A DNA stretch of 64,000 bases, from assembly GCF_006345805.1 (NCBI RefSeq), contig NC_043007.1, positions 20,274,001-20,338,000 of the forward strand, in the 5' to 3' direction. Below are positions 24,896 to 38,700 of the stretch, in pieces. Position 1 is the stretch's first letter. Each line of letters begins with the position of its first letter. Source of the DNA: Octopus sinensis (Eukaryota). The translations under genes and the position numbers were made by a program. The notes beneath the pieces were generated by a model. The model made no database searches and was not told the origin of the DNA. It saw nothing but the letters and a program-made list of their open reading frames with translations.

Positions 24896-27800
24896 GTAAG
24901 TTGTCCATTACATTTTCGGTAACAGAAAAAAAAATGTAGTTACAAATAAAACCACCATATTTTGGTTTATGTGTTTCCAAAATCAGGTCTGCCAAGGTCG
25001 ACTTTGCCTTTCATCCTTTCATCCTCTACTCTAGGAACAAGGCCCGAAATTTTGAGGGAGGTGGGGGCCAGTCGATTAGATCGACCCCAGTATCATCATC
25101 ATCATCATCGTTTAACGTCCTCCTTCCATGCTAGCATGGGTTGGACGATTTTGACTGAGGACTGGTGAACCAGTTGGCTGCGCCAGGCTCCAGATCAAGA
25201 TTGAAGCCTGGTGCAGCCATCTGGTTCGCCAGCCCTCAGTCAAATCATCCAACCCATGCTAGCATGGAAGGTGGACGTTAAACGATGATGATGATGATAC
25301 TGGGGTCGATCTAATTGACTGGCCCCCACTCCCTCAAAATTTCAGGCCTTGTGCCTAGAGTAGAAAAAAAGAAGTTTATTGACAACACAGATGGAATAAG
25401 GGTAAGAGTAGAACATCTTATCTCTCCTCTCTCTCTCCTTCCATTCTCTCACCTACAGAGGTATCTCATGTATCTCTTCTACTGCAGGACACTTGTTCTC
25501 GTCCCTCTATCCATTACTCTAACTTCTCATCACCTATTTCTTTATTGCCCACAAGGGGCTACACACAGATGGGACAAACAAGGACAGACTAATGGATTAA
25601 GTCGATTACATCGACCCCCAGTGCATAACTGGTACTTTATTTAATCGACCCCGAAAGGATGAATGGCAAAGTCGACCTCGGCGGAATTTGAACTCAGAAC
25701 GTAACGGCAGACGAAATACGGCTATGCATTTCACCTGGCATGCTAACATTTCTGCCAGTTCGCCGCCTTCTCATCACCTGGCACTAAACACCCTCAATGC
25801 TACTTCTTCCTCGGTTGAGAGGGGTCTTGTTTTGCAAGTTACATGCTGGCCTCACTGCTACTGGTGCCATGTAACAAGCACCTAACATACTGTGTGAAGG
25901 GGTTGGCTTTAGGAAGGGCATGCAACCATTGTGTATTTCAGCTGGGATGTACACTGAGGCAAAGCTAGACAGCAATTGACTCTTTCCTGCTGGTATTCCC
26001 AGCTTGTCACCAGCTGTTGTTGTTGGCTCGTGTGTTTGTTACTTGAGACACCATTCTCCACTTGAAGTGTTTATGTTTTAAAAATTGTCCATAAACCAAT
26101 TTGTTTGTGATGAGAGGTGTTTGTAAACTGAGATGTGACTGTAATGGAGGAAAAGAAAAAAAGTTGTTTGGGGTAATTAGAAAAACAAAGGGACATAACT
26201 AAATACTGTAAAGCTATCATAGCTGCTTGTGTAATTCACCACGTTCATCATCATCATCGTTTAACGTCCGCTTTCCATGCTAGCATGGGTTGGACGATTT
26301 TGACTGAGGGCTGGCTAACCAGATGGCTGAACCAGGCTCTAATCTTGATCTGGTAGAGTTTCTACAACTGGATGCCCTTCCTAATGCCAACCACTCCGAG
26401 AATGTAGTGGGTGCTTGTACGTGCCACTGGCATAGGGGCCAGTCAGGCGGTACTGGTAACGACCTCGCTCAAATCTTTTTACACATGCCACTGGCGCCCA
26501 GGTGTCAGCAAGGCGATGCTGGTAACAATCACGCTCGAATGGCACCTTTTATGTGCCACTGGCATGGAAGCCGGTTAGCCGCTCTGGCAACGGTCACGCT
26601 CGGATGGTGCTCTTAGCACCCTACTAGCACGGGGCACAAGTGCCAGTAAGGCGAAGCTGGTAACGATCACACTCGAATGGCGCCTTTTATGTGCCACTGG
26701 CATGGAAGCTGGTTAGCCGCTCTGTCAACGATCACACTTGCATGGTGCTCTTTACAGCCCTCTAGCACGGATGCCAGTCATCAAATTTGATTTTAATTTT
26801 GATGTCACTTGCCTCAACAAAGAAATTAATGAGTGCATCATCCCTGGACATTATTGTCTTGAGACCTAGGAATTATAGAGCCAGTTGGCCAATTTCCATG
26901 GGTACACATTTACAAATGAGTGGTATGGAGCAACGTGAAATGAAGTGCTTTGCTCAAGAACACAACGCGTCACCCCGTCTGGGAATCAAAACCACAATCT
27001 TGCAAGTGCAACAAACAAACCACTTACTTTATCTTTTCTGATTAGAAGTATCAACAGGCAATCAGAATTGAACTGAGCCATGAATTTGCTGTGAATATAA
27101 TCTTTTCTACTCTAGGCACAAAGCCTGAAATTTTATGGCCGATGCCTCTGCCGCCTCGACTGTCTTCCGTGCTGGGACACGTAAAATGCACCAATCCGAT
27201 CGTGGCCATTGCCAGCCTCGCCTGGCACCTGTGCAGGTGGCACATAAAAAGCACCCACTACACTCACGGAGTGGTTGGCATTAGGAAGGGCATCCAGCTG
27301 TAGAAACACTGCCAGACCAGACTGAAGCCTGGTGCAGCCTTCTGGCTTCCCAGATCCCCGGTCGAACCGTCCAACCCATGCTAGCATGGAGAACGGACGT
27401 TAAACGATGATGATGATGAGGGGAGACAGTCAATTAGATCAAACCCAGTATGCAACTACTACTTAATTTATCGACCCTGACAAGATGAAAGGCAAAGTCG
27501 ACCTTGGTAGAATTTGAACTAAGAACATAAAGACAGACGAAATACTGCCAAGCATTTCGCCCAGCATGCTAACACTTCTGCCAGCTCGCTGCCTTTTGTT
27601 GTGAACATATTGTTACTTTTAGTGTTTTCATTATTCAATCCATATATTCTATATATGTACAGTAATTCTACTAACAGTGTATATACCATTTGATATGTCC
27701 CACATTATGACGTAACTTCGTTGTCTGTGTGACTGGCCCATACGCCATACCTCACCAACTGACACTTTTTGCTGTGTCTGGCCACTATTTATCAGTAGTG

Positions 27801-30800
27801 GAACAGTCCACCTCTCACTTGGGGATGTCTGCCACAACACCTACCCCCTTTGAGATTTTTGTTTTTCTTCTTTCACACATTTTTTTTTTCATTTCTTTTT
27901 CTTATACACAGAATAATCTTTCTCTTCATAATGCCGCAGATAATACCAGTCTACATTGCTAACGCTACTAACACATAGTAACCTGACTTAAATCCTTCAC
28001 ATGGACTCATTATTTTTCTTCCTCCACACAAAATTATTTTTCTCTTAGAATGCCACAGGTAGTACCAGTCTACATTGTTTACCTGTAGCACTTCTAACAC
28101 ATAGCGAACTGACTTAAATCCTTCAAACGGATTTATATTATTTTTCATAGTTCTGTGTTAGCCTTATCTTCCACTGTGCCTCTTCTCCTTATCTTTTCAA
28201 AGACATACATCATCTCGAAAGAGTCCAGAAGCTGGCTACCCGCATGGTTCTTGGTCTCAAGCATTTGTCTTATGAAGAAAGGCTGAAGACGCTCGACTTT
28301 TATTCTCTAGAAAAACGACGACGCCGTGGTGATCTCATTCTTGCTCACAACATCATAAGCGGAAAGTGTAACCTCTCGAAAGAGCTGTTCTTCACTCCTG
28401 CTCCAGAGTGTCGGCTGCGGGGTCACTCCGAAAAGCTCTATCTGCAACGATTTCATCTCAATCGAAGGAGAGGGGCTTTCTCCGTCCAGGTTGCGGATCC
28501 GTGGAATAAGCTGCCGGACGAGCTAGTGAAGATGCCGACGACCACTCGGTTCAAAGTCTCTCTTGACCAGAAATGGCCTGAACTCTTTGCATGAACACCC
28601 TCCCTGTACATATCTCCATGTCCCCCTACATGGCCTTGCTTTTTGCTTTTTGAGCCAAAAAATGAACTTAACTTCCTCATCACCAGATATAACGACACCA
28701 TTGTACAGTGTGAGGTATTCTTGTCGCCACTGATGTCCTGCATTTTGACGATGCATTTCATCGTCTACATGACTAGCCCAAACAGTATGCCTCACTGACT
28801 GACACTGTTTGCTGTGTCTGTTTACTATTTATCAGTAGTGGAACAGCCCACTTCTCACGTGGGGGTGTCCGCCACAATACCATGTTAATCTTGAATGTTG
28901 ATTTTTGTAAAAATAAATTCCAAGCCACTTCTTGTTATTCTTATGCATGTTTATTTTCGTTGTTTTAGACATATAGCTGAGCATTTGAAAGATTACGCTC
29001 ACAAACCTGTTGATCAAATGACAGACGAAGAAATGGAGTTTCACTACTTTAAACTGCATGATTATGATGACAATAATAAACTAGATGGAAATGAAATTAC
29101 TTCAGCGATAACTCACTTCCAAAGAGGTAAATATAACAGGATTTCAATGATCTTACAATATTTTTTTTTAACATTGAGAATTTATTTTCTAAAATGGAAC
29201 AACATCACTGTGCTGCGTGGGGAAGTTTGAGTGCCTCAGGGTTATATCTTAATATATAAAAGTAAGGTTGTGTGCTGTCTGTCTCCTACGATTTAGATTC
29301 CTAACTACTCCCACATTTTGCGGTGCAGTTTAACCAAAAGCGGGTATCTTATAGTCGTGATTCATATCGAGCCCTTCTGAGTATTAGCGCGCATCTACGA
29401 TGAGTCTACGATTTAAAAAAAAATTTACTATCATTTTTTTCGCTATTATATAAGGGAAGTAACTCTCTAAAAATGTCTACAATGAGTCAACGATTTAAAA
29501 AAAATTTACCATAATTTTTTTCCCATTTTTAATGCATTTTTTTGCTATTTTTTGGCTATAACTCTCTAAAAATGCTTATATAGTTATTTCCCTTACAAAC
29601 CCGAGCAACGCCGGGCGATACTGCTAGTTCACAAATAATGCCAGGTAGAAAGCTGAATTGGATGCTAGAGATGCAGAAGCTGGCACAGTAATATACCAAT
29701 TTGAGAGAGAGAAGTGGGGAGACAGACGGAAGAGGTTGGTGAAAAAGCCAAATTTACTATCTTCTTTTAGACTTTTGTGCCTATCTTCACTTATAGTCAT
29801 GAATGCTGGGTAATGACTGATAGAGTATCATCATCATCATTTAATGTCTGTTGTCCGTTCCGGTGACACATAAAAAGCACCAATCCGATCGTGGCCGTTG
29901 CCAGCCTCGCACCCACTACACTCACAGAGTGGTTGGCGTTAGGAAGGGCATCCAGCTGTAGAAACACTGCCAGATCAGACTGGGGCCTGGAGCAGCCTTC
30001 TGGCTTGCCAGATCCCCGGTCGAACCGTCCAACCCATGCTAGCATAGAGAACAGACGTTAAATGATGATGATGTCCATGCTGGCATGGATTGGACAGTGT
30101 GACTAGAGCATCCAATCCATGCCAGCATGGACAACATGGAGTTAGGTGCAGCTTGCTAGCTAGAGTTAGCTGGCAAGCTGCACCTTACTCCAGTCTGATT
30201 TGGCATGGTTTCTACAGCCTGATGCCCTTCCTAACACCTACCACTCTACAGGGTGTGCTGAGTGCTTTTACATGACACCACACAGGTGCTTTTATGTGAT
30301 GCCTTGCAACCAAAACCGGGTTCGTCTGAAAATGTCTGGAGTAACGTCACTCGATATGGTGTGTGGGGCTCAGAAACTAGAGAATCTCGCAGGAAAGTGT
30401 AATAGTGGTTGCTATGGAGGAGATGAGGACTCTACCACGACAACCCCCTCAGGAACAATAGTTTGAGAAAACGGATGAATGAGTGGTTTGGAAAAGTGAT
30501 AAAGATATTTGTTTATTAATGAGACAATCAATCACATGGTTTTTTTAATTAATTTTTATTTATGAGACAGAGCTGAAATAGGTTTTCTTGGTAGGTACAC
30601 GCCATCATTGTATGGTGAAATTAGAAAATAGCATTTTCACTATTTCTTAATAATTTATTGATGTCGAATACCTGACCTTGCAAAATGTTACAGGAGTACA
30701 ATGTAGTTGGAATGAATAGAAATGTGTTAGGCAAATGAAATAAATTTGCCTCAAGAATTCATGTCCGGTTGAAATCAAATGAAATGTTTTTAAATATCAA

Positions 30801-32045
30801 AAAGACTGTCTTTAGCTATCGAAGCAATGCTATTTCAAAATAACATATGCTGTAGAAAGCCAAACAACTGCATTATTCATCTTAAGGAAGCATCCTATAT
30901 AGAGATATTGTACTAAAAAGCACAGAAGAATATCAATAGCGAACGAAAATTGGATCTTTTCAGTTTGACCGGTAGATTTTTAAAATAATTTCTACGTAAC
31001 TAAACACTTTTAAACTTCGTATACTGGTAGAATGTGTTTATAAAACATTTTTCTCTTGGCTTTATTGAGAAAATTCTATAGTTTGTAGGTATTTGTTGTT
31101 TTTTTTTCCCTTCAATTTCTGCAATTTCAAACAATCACTGACGTCTATTGAGGTAAAAAAAAAACATTCTGTGCTGTATGAATATGTCCCTCATTTAAGA
31201 AACAGATTGGGTTTATTTACATTTCTGAGAAGAAAAAAAAAGATCCCCCCCCCCCAACTCTAAAACAGATTGAAATGCAATAGATCGATACTAGGGTCAT
31301 AATTATGGGTGACAATTTCATGACACTGCCGTTCAAATCGAAAAGATCCCAAAAATTGTCCAACACTGCTGGTGGCTTTCTTGAGATGAATACCAAAGTT
31401 GTGTAACTTTCTACAGTATGTTCACATTAAATAAGATATACAGAATATTACCAAAAAGACTATTTTCTTAAATGCCAAATCTATACAGAATTATTTAGCG
31501 TATGAAATTATATGCAATTAATTTATAATTATGCTGTATTTTGAGAAAATTAATCTTTAATCTGTGAATTTAAATTATTTAGTGTATGAAATTTTTATTT
31601 ATTTTATTTTTTATTTTATCTAGTTTCAGCTCACGAGCTGTGGCCATGCTGGGATGAAATTATATGCAATTAATTTATAATTATACTGTATTTTGTTATC
31701 AAATGTATTTTGAGAAAATTAATCTTTAATCTGTGAATTAAAATTATTTAGTGTATGAAATTATATGCAATTAATTTATAATTATATTGTGTTTTGTTAT
31801 CAAATGTATTTTGAGAAAATTAATCTTTAATCTGTGAATTTATCGACCTTGCCCTTTCAGAAGACCACCAAGATGCAAATGCCGCAGCAGCTCGAACAAT
31901 GTCGGATACGGAGATCTCGGATATTGTTGATATGGTATTAAAAGAAGATGACCTAAATAACGATGGGTATGTTGAATACTCAGAGTTTGCAACAGCCCAA
32001 CGGAGGGCGAAAGCCAACATGGCAAAAAATGAAGTCCATAAATAA
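24405..32045 (+). CDS. MCFD2: MCFD2 homolog (ER-lumenal EF-hand cargo-receptor subunit), 3 coding exons 24405-24895, 28969-29126, 31861-32045; 834 nt, 277 aa
   Basis: Spliced by hand: signal-peptide-like MIIQVDSILFGVLLYCSCWVHVFS, a Q/P/Y repeat, a His-rich stretch, then HDQAHIAEHL..MTDEEMEFHYFKLHDYDDNNKLDGNEITSAITH and IVDMVLKEDDLNNDGYVEYSEFATAQ. These match the MCFD2 motifs and its two EF-hands from memory. Phases 2/2 and 1/1 agree and all introns are GT-AG. Confidence 0.93.
24578..24817 (+). repeat. Coding tandem repeat, 27-30 bp unit, GNQQYQQPP(S), 8 NQQYQQ cores
   Basis: ggtaacca(a/g)cagtaccaacaaccaccctct units inside MCFD2 exon 1. Confidence 0.92.
25025..25365. repeat. ~340-bp fold-back palindrome of a chimeric SINE junction in MCFD2 intron 1
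   Basis: ctctactctagg..gaccccagta(tca)n.. mirrored by ..(gat)n actggggtc..cctagagtag; centre about 25195. Confidence 0.9.
28200..28680 (+). mobile_element. CR1/L2-group LINE 3' end (MCFD2 intron 2)
   Basis: [62 protein letters not shown], followed by a 3' UTR. Confidence 0.9.
28969..29126 (+). CDS. MCFD2: MCFD2 coding exon 2 (EF-hand 1)
   Basis: tgttttag|A CAT ATA GCT GAG; encodes HIAEHLKDYAHKPVDQMTDEEMEFHYFKLHDYDDNNKLDGNEITSAITHFQR; donor G|gtaaat at 29127. Confidence 0.93.
31490..31842. repeat. AT-rich tandem triplication immediately upstream of the MCFD2 exon 3 acceptor
   Basis: gtatgaaattatatgcaattaatttataatta..ttgagaaaattaatctttaatctgtgaatt occurs three times. Confidence 0.8.
31861..32045 (+). 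CDS. MCFD2: MCFD2 coding exon 3 (EF-hand 2, stop)
   Basis: gccctttcag|AA GAC CAC; encodes EDHQDANAAAARTMSDTEISDIVDMVLKEDDLNNDGYVEYSEFATAQRRAKANMAKNEVHK*; TAA at 32043-32045. Confidence 0.92.
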
Positions 32046-32767
32046 CAGTTCATATTCAGATCATTTCCAACTATTTTGTAAATTAAAAACAAATGAGTTG
32101 TTTCATCTAAAAATTGCTGTTAGTATTCTTGAATTATTTTTAATATCAACTCAAAAAAGTTAAGATTTAATGTTACATACACAGAGTTTTTTTTAAAAGA
32201 AAAAAAAAAAAAGATGCATTTACGTATAAGTGAAAGTCTCTGAACAAATATAACACATTGAGCGTATTTTGTTTTATTTGCCCTTAAGCCGTCAATGCAT
32301 TTGTAGAAGAGATAGGAGGCCAACACCAAAATCAATGAAATGCTTGTACCGATACTGGTGGCAAATTCGTCTTCCACTGGCAGATGAAATATTTTCCTGT
32401 CTATTATAACAACCAAAGCAACTCAACTAAAACGCTCTGGTTCCTTCGCTGTTTTGACCTTCTTCAAGCTCACCAATAGCAACGTTGTTTCTTTTTCTTT
32501 CATTTTTCTCATTATCAATCCATCGGTGACACACCAATAGGAGAGATAGGGAGGTATATTTCATAATAATAAAATATATATATATTTCAATGAAGATGAT
32601 TTGTCCATGAATGAATTAAAATACTATATCTACCGGGAAAGAGGTATTAAGTCTTCCAAGTAGCAAGAATAGTATTATTTGATAGTCTGAAAAAGTTCCA
32701 AAATCTAACATCATGGAGATCACAGATTAGGGATTCCAGGAAATTTTCCACTAAGAATTCACAAGAG

Positions 32768-32772
32768 TCAAA
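32768..32772 (-). CDS. BRMS1: BRMS1-like terminal exon, coding part (F + TGA), continuing as 3' UTR
   Basis: Strong acceptor tgtttccttcttcatttcag|TT TGA completes T+TT = Phe and then a stop. Confidence 0.6.
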
Positions 32773-35700
32773 CTGAAATGAAGAAGGAAACAGCATTTTA
32801 ATTCAACATAACATGCCAAATCAGTTCATTTAACTAATTTTAATTGAAATCTCTCTATATATATATATAAAGCTGAAGTTGTCTGTGTATGGCAGGTTTG
32901 GTAGCCTTCAACTAATACGATCTCCTCCGAGACCCTGCGGCGCAAGTTGACCAAAATTGAGAGTATGATAGAAGAAGGCTTGCTCTTCCTTCCGTAGAAG
33001 AAAAAATTCAAATTGGACCATGTTAACACCAAAAATTATTTACATCAAAAAGGTGCTTTTTTCTATGAAAATCCCTATTTTTTACGATTTTTTTACTGCT
33101 GTGTCGCCATTTTTTGGTGTATTTCAACCAGAAAAATGTTCACTTAAAGAGAATATAAAGCTACATAATGCAAAATTTTTACTTTTCAAAAAATTCCAAT
33201 TGTAAAGGGTCGAAACAAACCCGAGCAACGCCGGGCGATACTGCTAGTTAATGATATTGCCAACTGATATTATAAATATATATGGATTTGTTTGAAGCAT
33301 TGTTACAAATTAATGAACCACTAGTTACAGAAAAATCAGAAGATATTGAAAAGAGAGAAATGCTTACACTCAGATTTTCTTTTCTGGCTCTGTTGTTTTA
33401 ATGCCTATAAATATAAGGAAGTTATACAAAGCAATAAAATCTGACAAATAACTGAGAGAATATTCATATACTCTTTACTCTTTTACTTGCTTCAGTCATT
33501 TGACTGCGGCCATGCTGGGGCACCGCCTTTAGTCGAACAAATCGACCCCAGGGCTTATTCTTTGTAAGCCCAGTACTTATTCTATCGGTCTCTTTTGCCG
33601 AACCGCTAAGTGACGGGGACGTAAACACACCAGCATCGGTTGTCAAGCAATGCTAGGGGGACAAACACACAAACATATATATATACATTACAGGCTTCTT
33701 TCAGTTTCCGTCTACCAAATCCACTCACAAGGCATTGGTCAGCCCAAGGCTATAGCAGAATACACTTGCCCAAGATGCCACGCAGTGGGACTGAACCCGG
33801 AACCATGTGGTTGGTAAGCAAGCTACTTACCACACACCCACTCCTGCACCTATAATGAGTATATTTAGTACTTTATACTTAGTTTAACTCAGGAGTTGAT
33901 GTTCGCCTCTCAAATACAGCCTTAGCCTTTAATTTTTTTAAAGGCTCAGGCAAGAATGGACAGCATCCACGAATCTTTTTAGAACCTTTGAGACTGGTAC
34001 AAGTTATCTCTCGGGCTAATGACTAAGACCTGAATGCCTACAGCAGGGTGGACTTGGCACCCAGAAGGCAAGTTAGTGATTAAGTAGTTAACTTGACAAA
34101 TGAAGGTAAAATTCATTTTTAAACAAGTTTCAAGAATCCTATTGTTTATTAAGTACAATAGTTATTATCTTGAGCCATATTATACATAGAATAATTCTTG
34201 CAAACAATTATTCCACAGAAGAGAAACCAATAATGGTTTTTTTTTCCGTGCTGGTATGGTCATGTGGCCAGGATAGCTGTGTGAAAAAGTGCCACACCCT
34301 AGCAGTTGAGGGAACCTGTGGAAGAGGTAGACCCAGGAAGACCTGGGATGTAGTGAAGCACGACCTTCGAACATTAGGCCTCACCAAAGAAATGACCAGT
34401 GACCGAGACCTTTGGAAATATGCTGTGCTTGAGAAGACCCGGCAAGCCAAGTGAGACCATAACCGTGTGGCCTAAGCCAGGGGTGTAACCAGCCCACTTA
34501 TGTGTACCTTACCTTCATTGGACACTGCTTGCGAAGACCTGTTGAGGCAAGTGAAATCGAAATCAAAATCGAATTCGATGACTGGCATTCGTGCTAATGG
34601 AGCACTAAGAGCACCATCCGAGCATGATTGTTGCCAGAACAGCTGACGTTTGTGCCAGTGGCACATAAAAAAACCCATTTCAGCGTGATTGTTACGAGCG
34701 TCGCCTTATTGGCACTTGTGCCAGTGTGCAGGTGTCGCGTAAAAAAAAATTTTCCATGACCGTTGCCAGTACAGTCTAACTGGCCGTCATGCCGGTGGCA
34801 CATAAAAGCACCCACTACACTCTCGGAGTGGTTGGCATTAGGAAGGGCATCCAGCTGTAGAAACACTGCCAAATCAAGATTGGAGCCTGGTGCAGCCATC
34901 TGGTTCACCACTCAAATAGTCCAACCCATGCTAGCATGGAAAGTGGACATTAAACGATGATGATGACCAACATGAAATAACCAATATTTTTTATTAATGA
35001 AAAAATAAACTTCAGTTAAATTTGAACAACTTATCAGTGACACATTTCAAGAGTAATGTGAACCAAAAGTAAAAAAGGAAAAAAAAAACCCCAACAAATC
35101 TTACCTTTTTTATATGTGTCCAGTCTTCTATGATATCAACATCTCGCAACATATAAACAATGTATGGACCTAAAAAATATAATAATTAGGTTTAAAAGTG
35201 CTCAAAATAAATATGATAGGAAAACTGTAAATTATCGACTGGAAACAACCGAATAAGTTTGAGTAAGCCCTAATCCATAGGCAGACAAAATTGTAAATAC
35301 CTGTTACTGTTACAGGCTTCCGACGCCGCTCAGGGTTCAGGGGGTCTTGTTTCTTCTTGCCCCGCCGGAGGCTTTGACTCTCATTCCATAAATCTAAAAG
35401 TAAAAAGACAAAAATTAACAGTGTTAAAAGGAAAGAGTGTTTTTGAAAAAAAAAAAAACACATTTCTAATGGGGAATTTGAAATGAGCTGTTTGAAAACA
35501 CACCATCAGTGCAGTGAATGGGGGAAGCTTGGCCCACAATATTTGCATGTGTGTGTGTTTGTCAAGGGTTGGGATCATCGGTCACCAACACAGCCACAAG
35601 TGTAAAAGTATGAATTTGAGTGCATGATCTTCCTTGGACGAATGGACAGTCGTTATTACCATCATTATCATGTGCGTGCATGTGTGAATGTATGTGTATG

Positions 35701-38700
35701 ACCTCCACCATCACGAAGAAAGAATAAGTACTGGGGTCAATTTAATCAGTGCCCCAGTACAACTGCAGTCCAATGAATTAAACAAGTAAACGATAGAACA
35801 AGTTATTCATTCAAAACCAAAGTCATTAAAGTTGATACAATTCTTTTGGCTTAAATATAACAAATACAATATTGTCTTACAAATTCGATATTTACCTGAT
35901 GAAATATCAATATTATGTCGGTCTTCTTCTAATCTTCGTATTCTGTCTTCCAGTTCCTGTTTTACTGTATCATACAATATTATTTTGTCACTCTGGAAAA
36001 AGACAGGGGAAAAAAAATAAAAAACAGTGTTCATTATAAGAACTAAAGCAAATTCTCAAAAGATGTGTTGTGAGGTCAATAAGCTCTCTTTGCAACCATG
36101 TGGGTTTAGGTTCAGTCCCACTGTGTGGCACCTTGGTCAAGTGTCTTCTGCTATAGTTATTTCTTTATTGTCTACAGGGGGCTAAACATAGAGGGAACAA
36201 AACAAACAAGGACAGACGAAGGGATTAAGTTGATTACATCGACCCCCAGTGTGTAACTGGTGCTTATTTAATCGACCCCGAAAGGATGAAAGGCAAAGCT
36301 GACCTCGGCGGAATTTGAACTCAGAACGTAAAGGCAGACAAAATACTGCTAAGCATTTCGCCCACATTGCTAACGATTCTGCCAGCTTGCCACCCTTCTG
36401 CTATAGTCCCTGGGCCAACCAATGCCTTGTGAGTGAATTTGATAGACAGAAACTGTGAGGTAGCCTGTTGTGAATGTATGTATGTGTGTGTGTACATGTA
36501 TACACTTATATGTGTGAGTTTGCGTATATATATATATATATATACGCACACTCACACACGTCCATGTGTGTGCCGGTGTGTTTGTTCCCACCCACCAACT
36601 AACCATTTGACAAGGAATGTTGGTTTGTTTACATCCCAATAACACAGCAGCTTGACAAAAGCAACTGAGAGAATAAATAACTGGCTTAAAAAATATGTAC
36701 TGAGGTCATTTGTTTGACGAAACCCTTTCAGGCACTGCTCCAGCTTGGTCGCACTCCAATGAGTGAAACAAGTAAAAGGTGAAGTAAAACTCAACAGAAG
36801 ACAATACTTACTTCCATGTTCTGTCTTGCAGCCACCTCTTCACTTTCAAATTTACACTGAATTGACTGTAATCGAAGCTCTTTCAAAATACCTGAAAGAG
36901 AGAGAGAGAGAAAGGGGACATGAAATTTCGTAAGACTCCCATAGCAAATTAAAATTGTATAGAAAAATAAAGTGCCACAATTGGATCTTTTCGGTTTGAA
37001 CGGCAGTTTTTTCTAGCGGTGTCATATGAAATTGTCACCCATAATTATGACCCTAGTATCGATCTATTGCATTTCAATCTGTTTTAGGGGTTGGGGGAAG
37101 GATATCTTTTTTTCTTCACAAATGTAAATAAACCCAATCTGTTTCTTAAACGAGGGACATATTCATACGGCACACAATGTTATTTTTACCTCAACAGATG
37201 TCAGTGATTGGTTGAAATTGCAGAAATTGAAGAAAAAAAACAACAAATATCATACAAACTATAGAATTTTCTCAATAAAGCCAAGAGAAAAAGATGTTTT
37301 ATAAACACATTCTACCAGTATACGAAGTTTTAAATTTTTTAGTTACCTAGAAATTATGTTAAAAACTGCTGTTCAAACCAAAAAGATCCCCCACAATTTT
37401 TGAAATCAGCATATAGGAACAAATTAAAATGTCAATAGAAAAAATAATATTCACGATTATATTTTATAGTACGTGTAAAAAGCGCCATCCGAATGTGACT
37501 GATGCCAGCACTGCCTCAAGTGGCTCCCATGCCGGTGGTACATAAAAAGCACCATCCAAATGTGGTCGATGCCAGCTCCCTCTGGTCCCTGTGCCGGTGG
37601 CACGTAAAAAGCACCCAATACACTCTCGGAGTGGTTGGCATTAGGAAGGGCATCCAGCTGTAGAATCACTGCCAGATCAGATTGGAACCTGGTGCAGCCT
37701 CCTGGCTTCCCAGACCCCAGTCGAACTATCCAACCCATGCCAGCATGGAAAACAGGCGTTAAACAATGATGATGGTGATGTATTCATAAAAATAATTATA
37801 ATTTCAAATATTGGCACAAGGCCAGCAATTTTAGGGGGAACAGACAAGTTTATTATGTCGACCCAAGTGCTCAGTTTGTGCTTTGTTTCATCAACCCTGG
37901 AAGGATGAAAGGCAAAGTCGACTGTGGTAGTATTTGAACTCAGACTGTAAAGCCAGAAGAAATACCTATTTCTTTATTGCCCACAAGGGGCTAAACATAG
38001 AGGGGACAAACAAGGACAGACAACCTGATTAAGTCGATTATATTGACCCCAGTGCGTAACTGGTACTTATTTAATCAACCCTGAAAGGATGAAAGGCAAA
38101 GTTGGCCTCGGCAGAATTTGAACTCAGAACGTAGCAGCAGACAAAATACCGCTAAGCATTTCGCCCAGTGTGCTAACATTTCTGCAAGCTCGCCAGAAGA
38201 AATACCACTAAGCATTTTAAGTTAAGTTATCATCATCATCATCGTTTAGCGTCCGTTTTCCATGCTAGCATGGGTTGGACGGGTCAACTGGGGTCTGTGA
38301 AGCTGGAAGGCTTCGTCAGGCCCAGTCAGATCTGGCAGTGTTTCTACGGCTGGATGCCCTTCCTAACGCCAACCACTCCGCGAGTGTAGTTAAGTTAATT
38401 TTTTGGCTCAAAAAGCAAAAGCAAGGCCATGTAGGTGGACATGGCATTATGTACAGCATGCAAAGGGTGTTCATGCAAAGAGTTCAGGCCATTTCTGGTC
38501 AAGAGAGTCTTTGAACCGAGCAGTTGTCGGCATCCTCACTATCTCGTCCAGCAACTTATTCCATGGATCTGCAACCCGGACGGAGAAAGCCCCTCTCCTT
38601 CGATTGAGATGAAATCGTCGCAGATAGAGCTTTACGGAGTGACCCCGCAGCCGACGCCCTGGAGCGTGAAGAACAGCTCTTTCGAGAGGTTACACTTTCC

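Noticed and set aside
24418-24939. Alternative-frame and antisense ORFs over the MCFD2 repeat (PLVTNSTNNH, LLVLLVTRGW)
   Set aside because: Shadows of the stop-free coding repeat.
32427-32530. Minus-strand stretch IDNEKNERKRNNVAIGELEEGQNSEGTRAF* as an alternative BRMS1 last exon
   Set aside because: No convincing in-phase acceptor and no similarity to the BRMS1L C-terminus; treated as 3' UTR.
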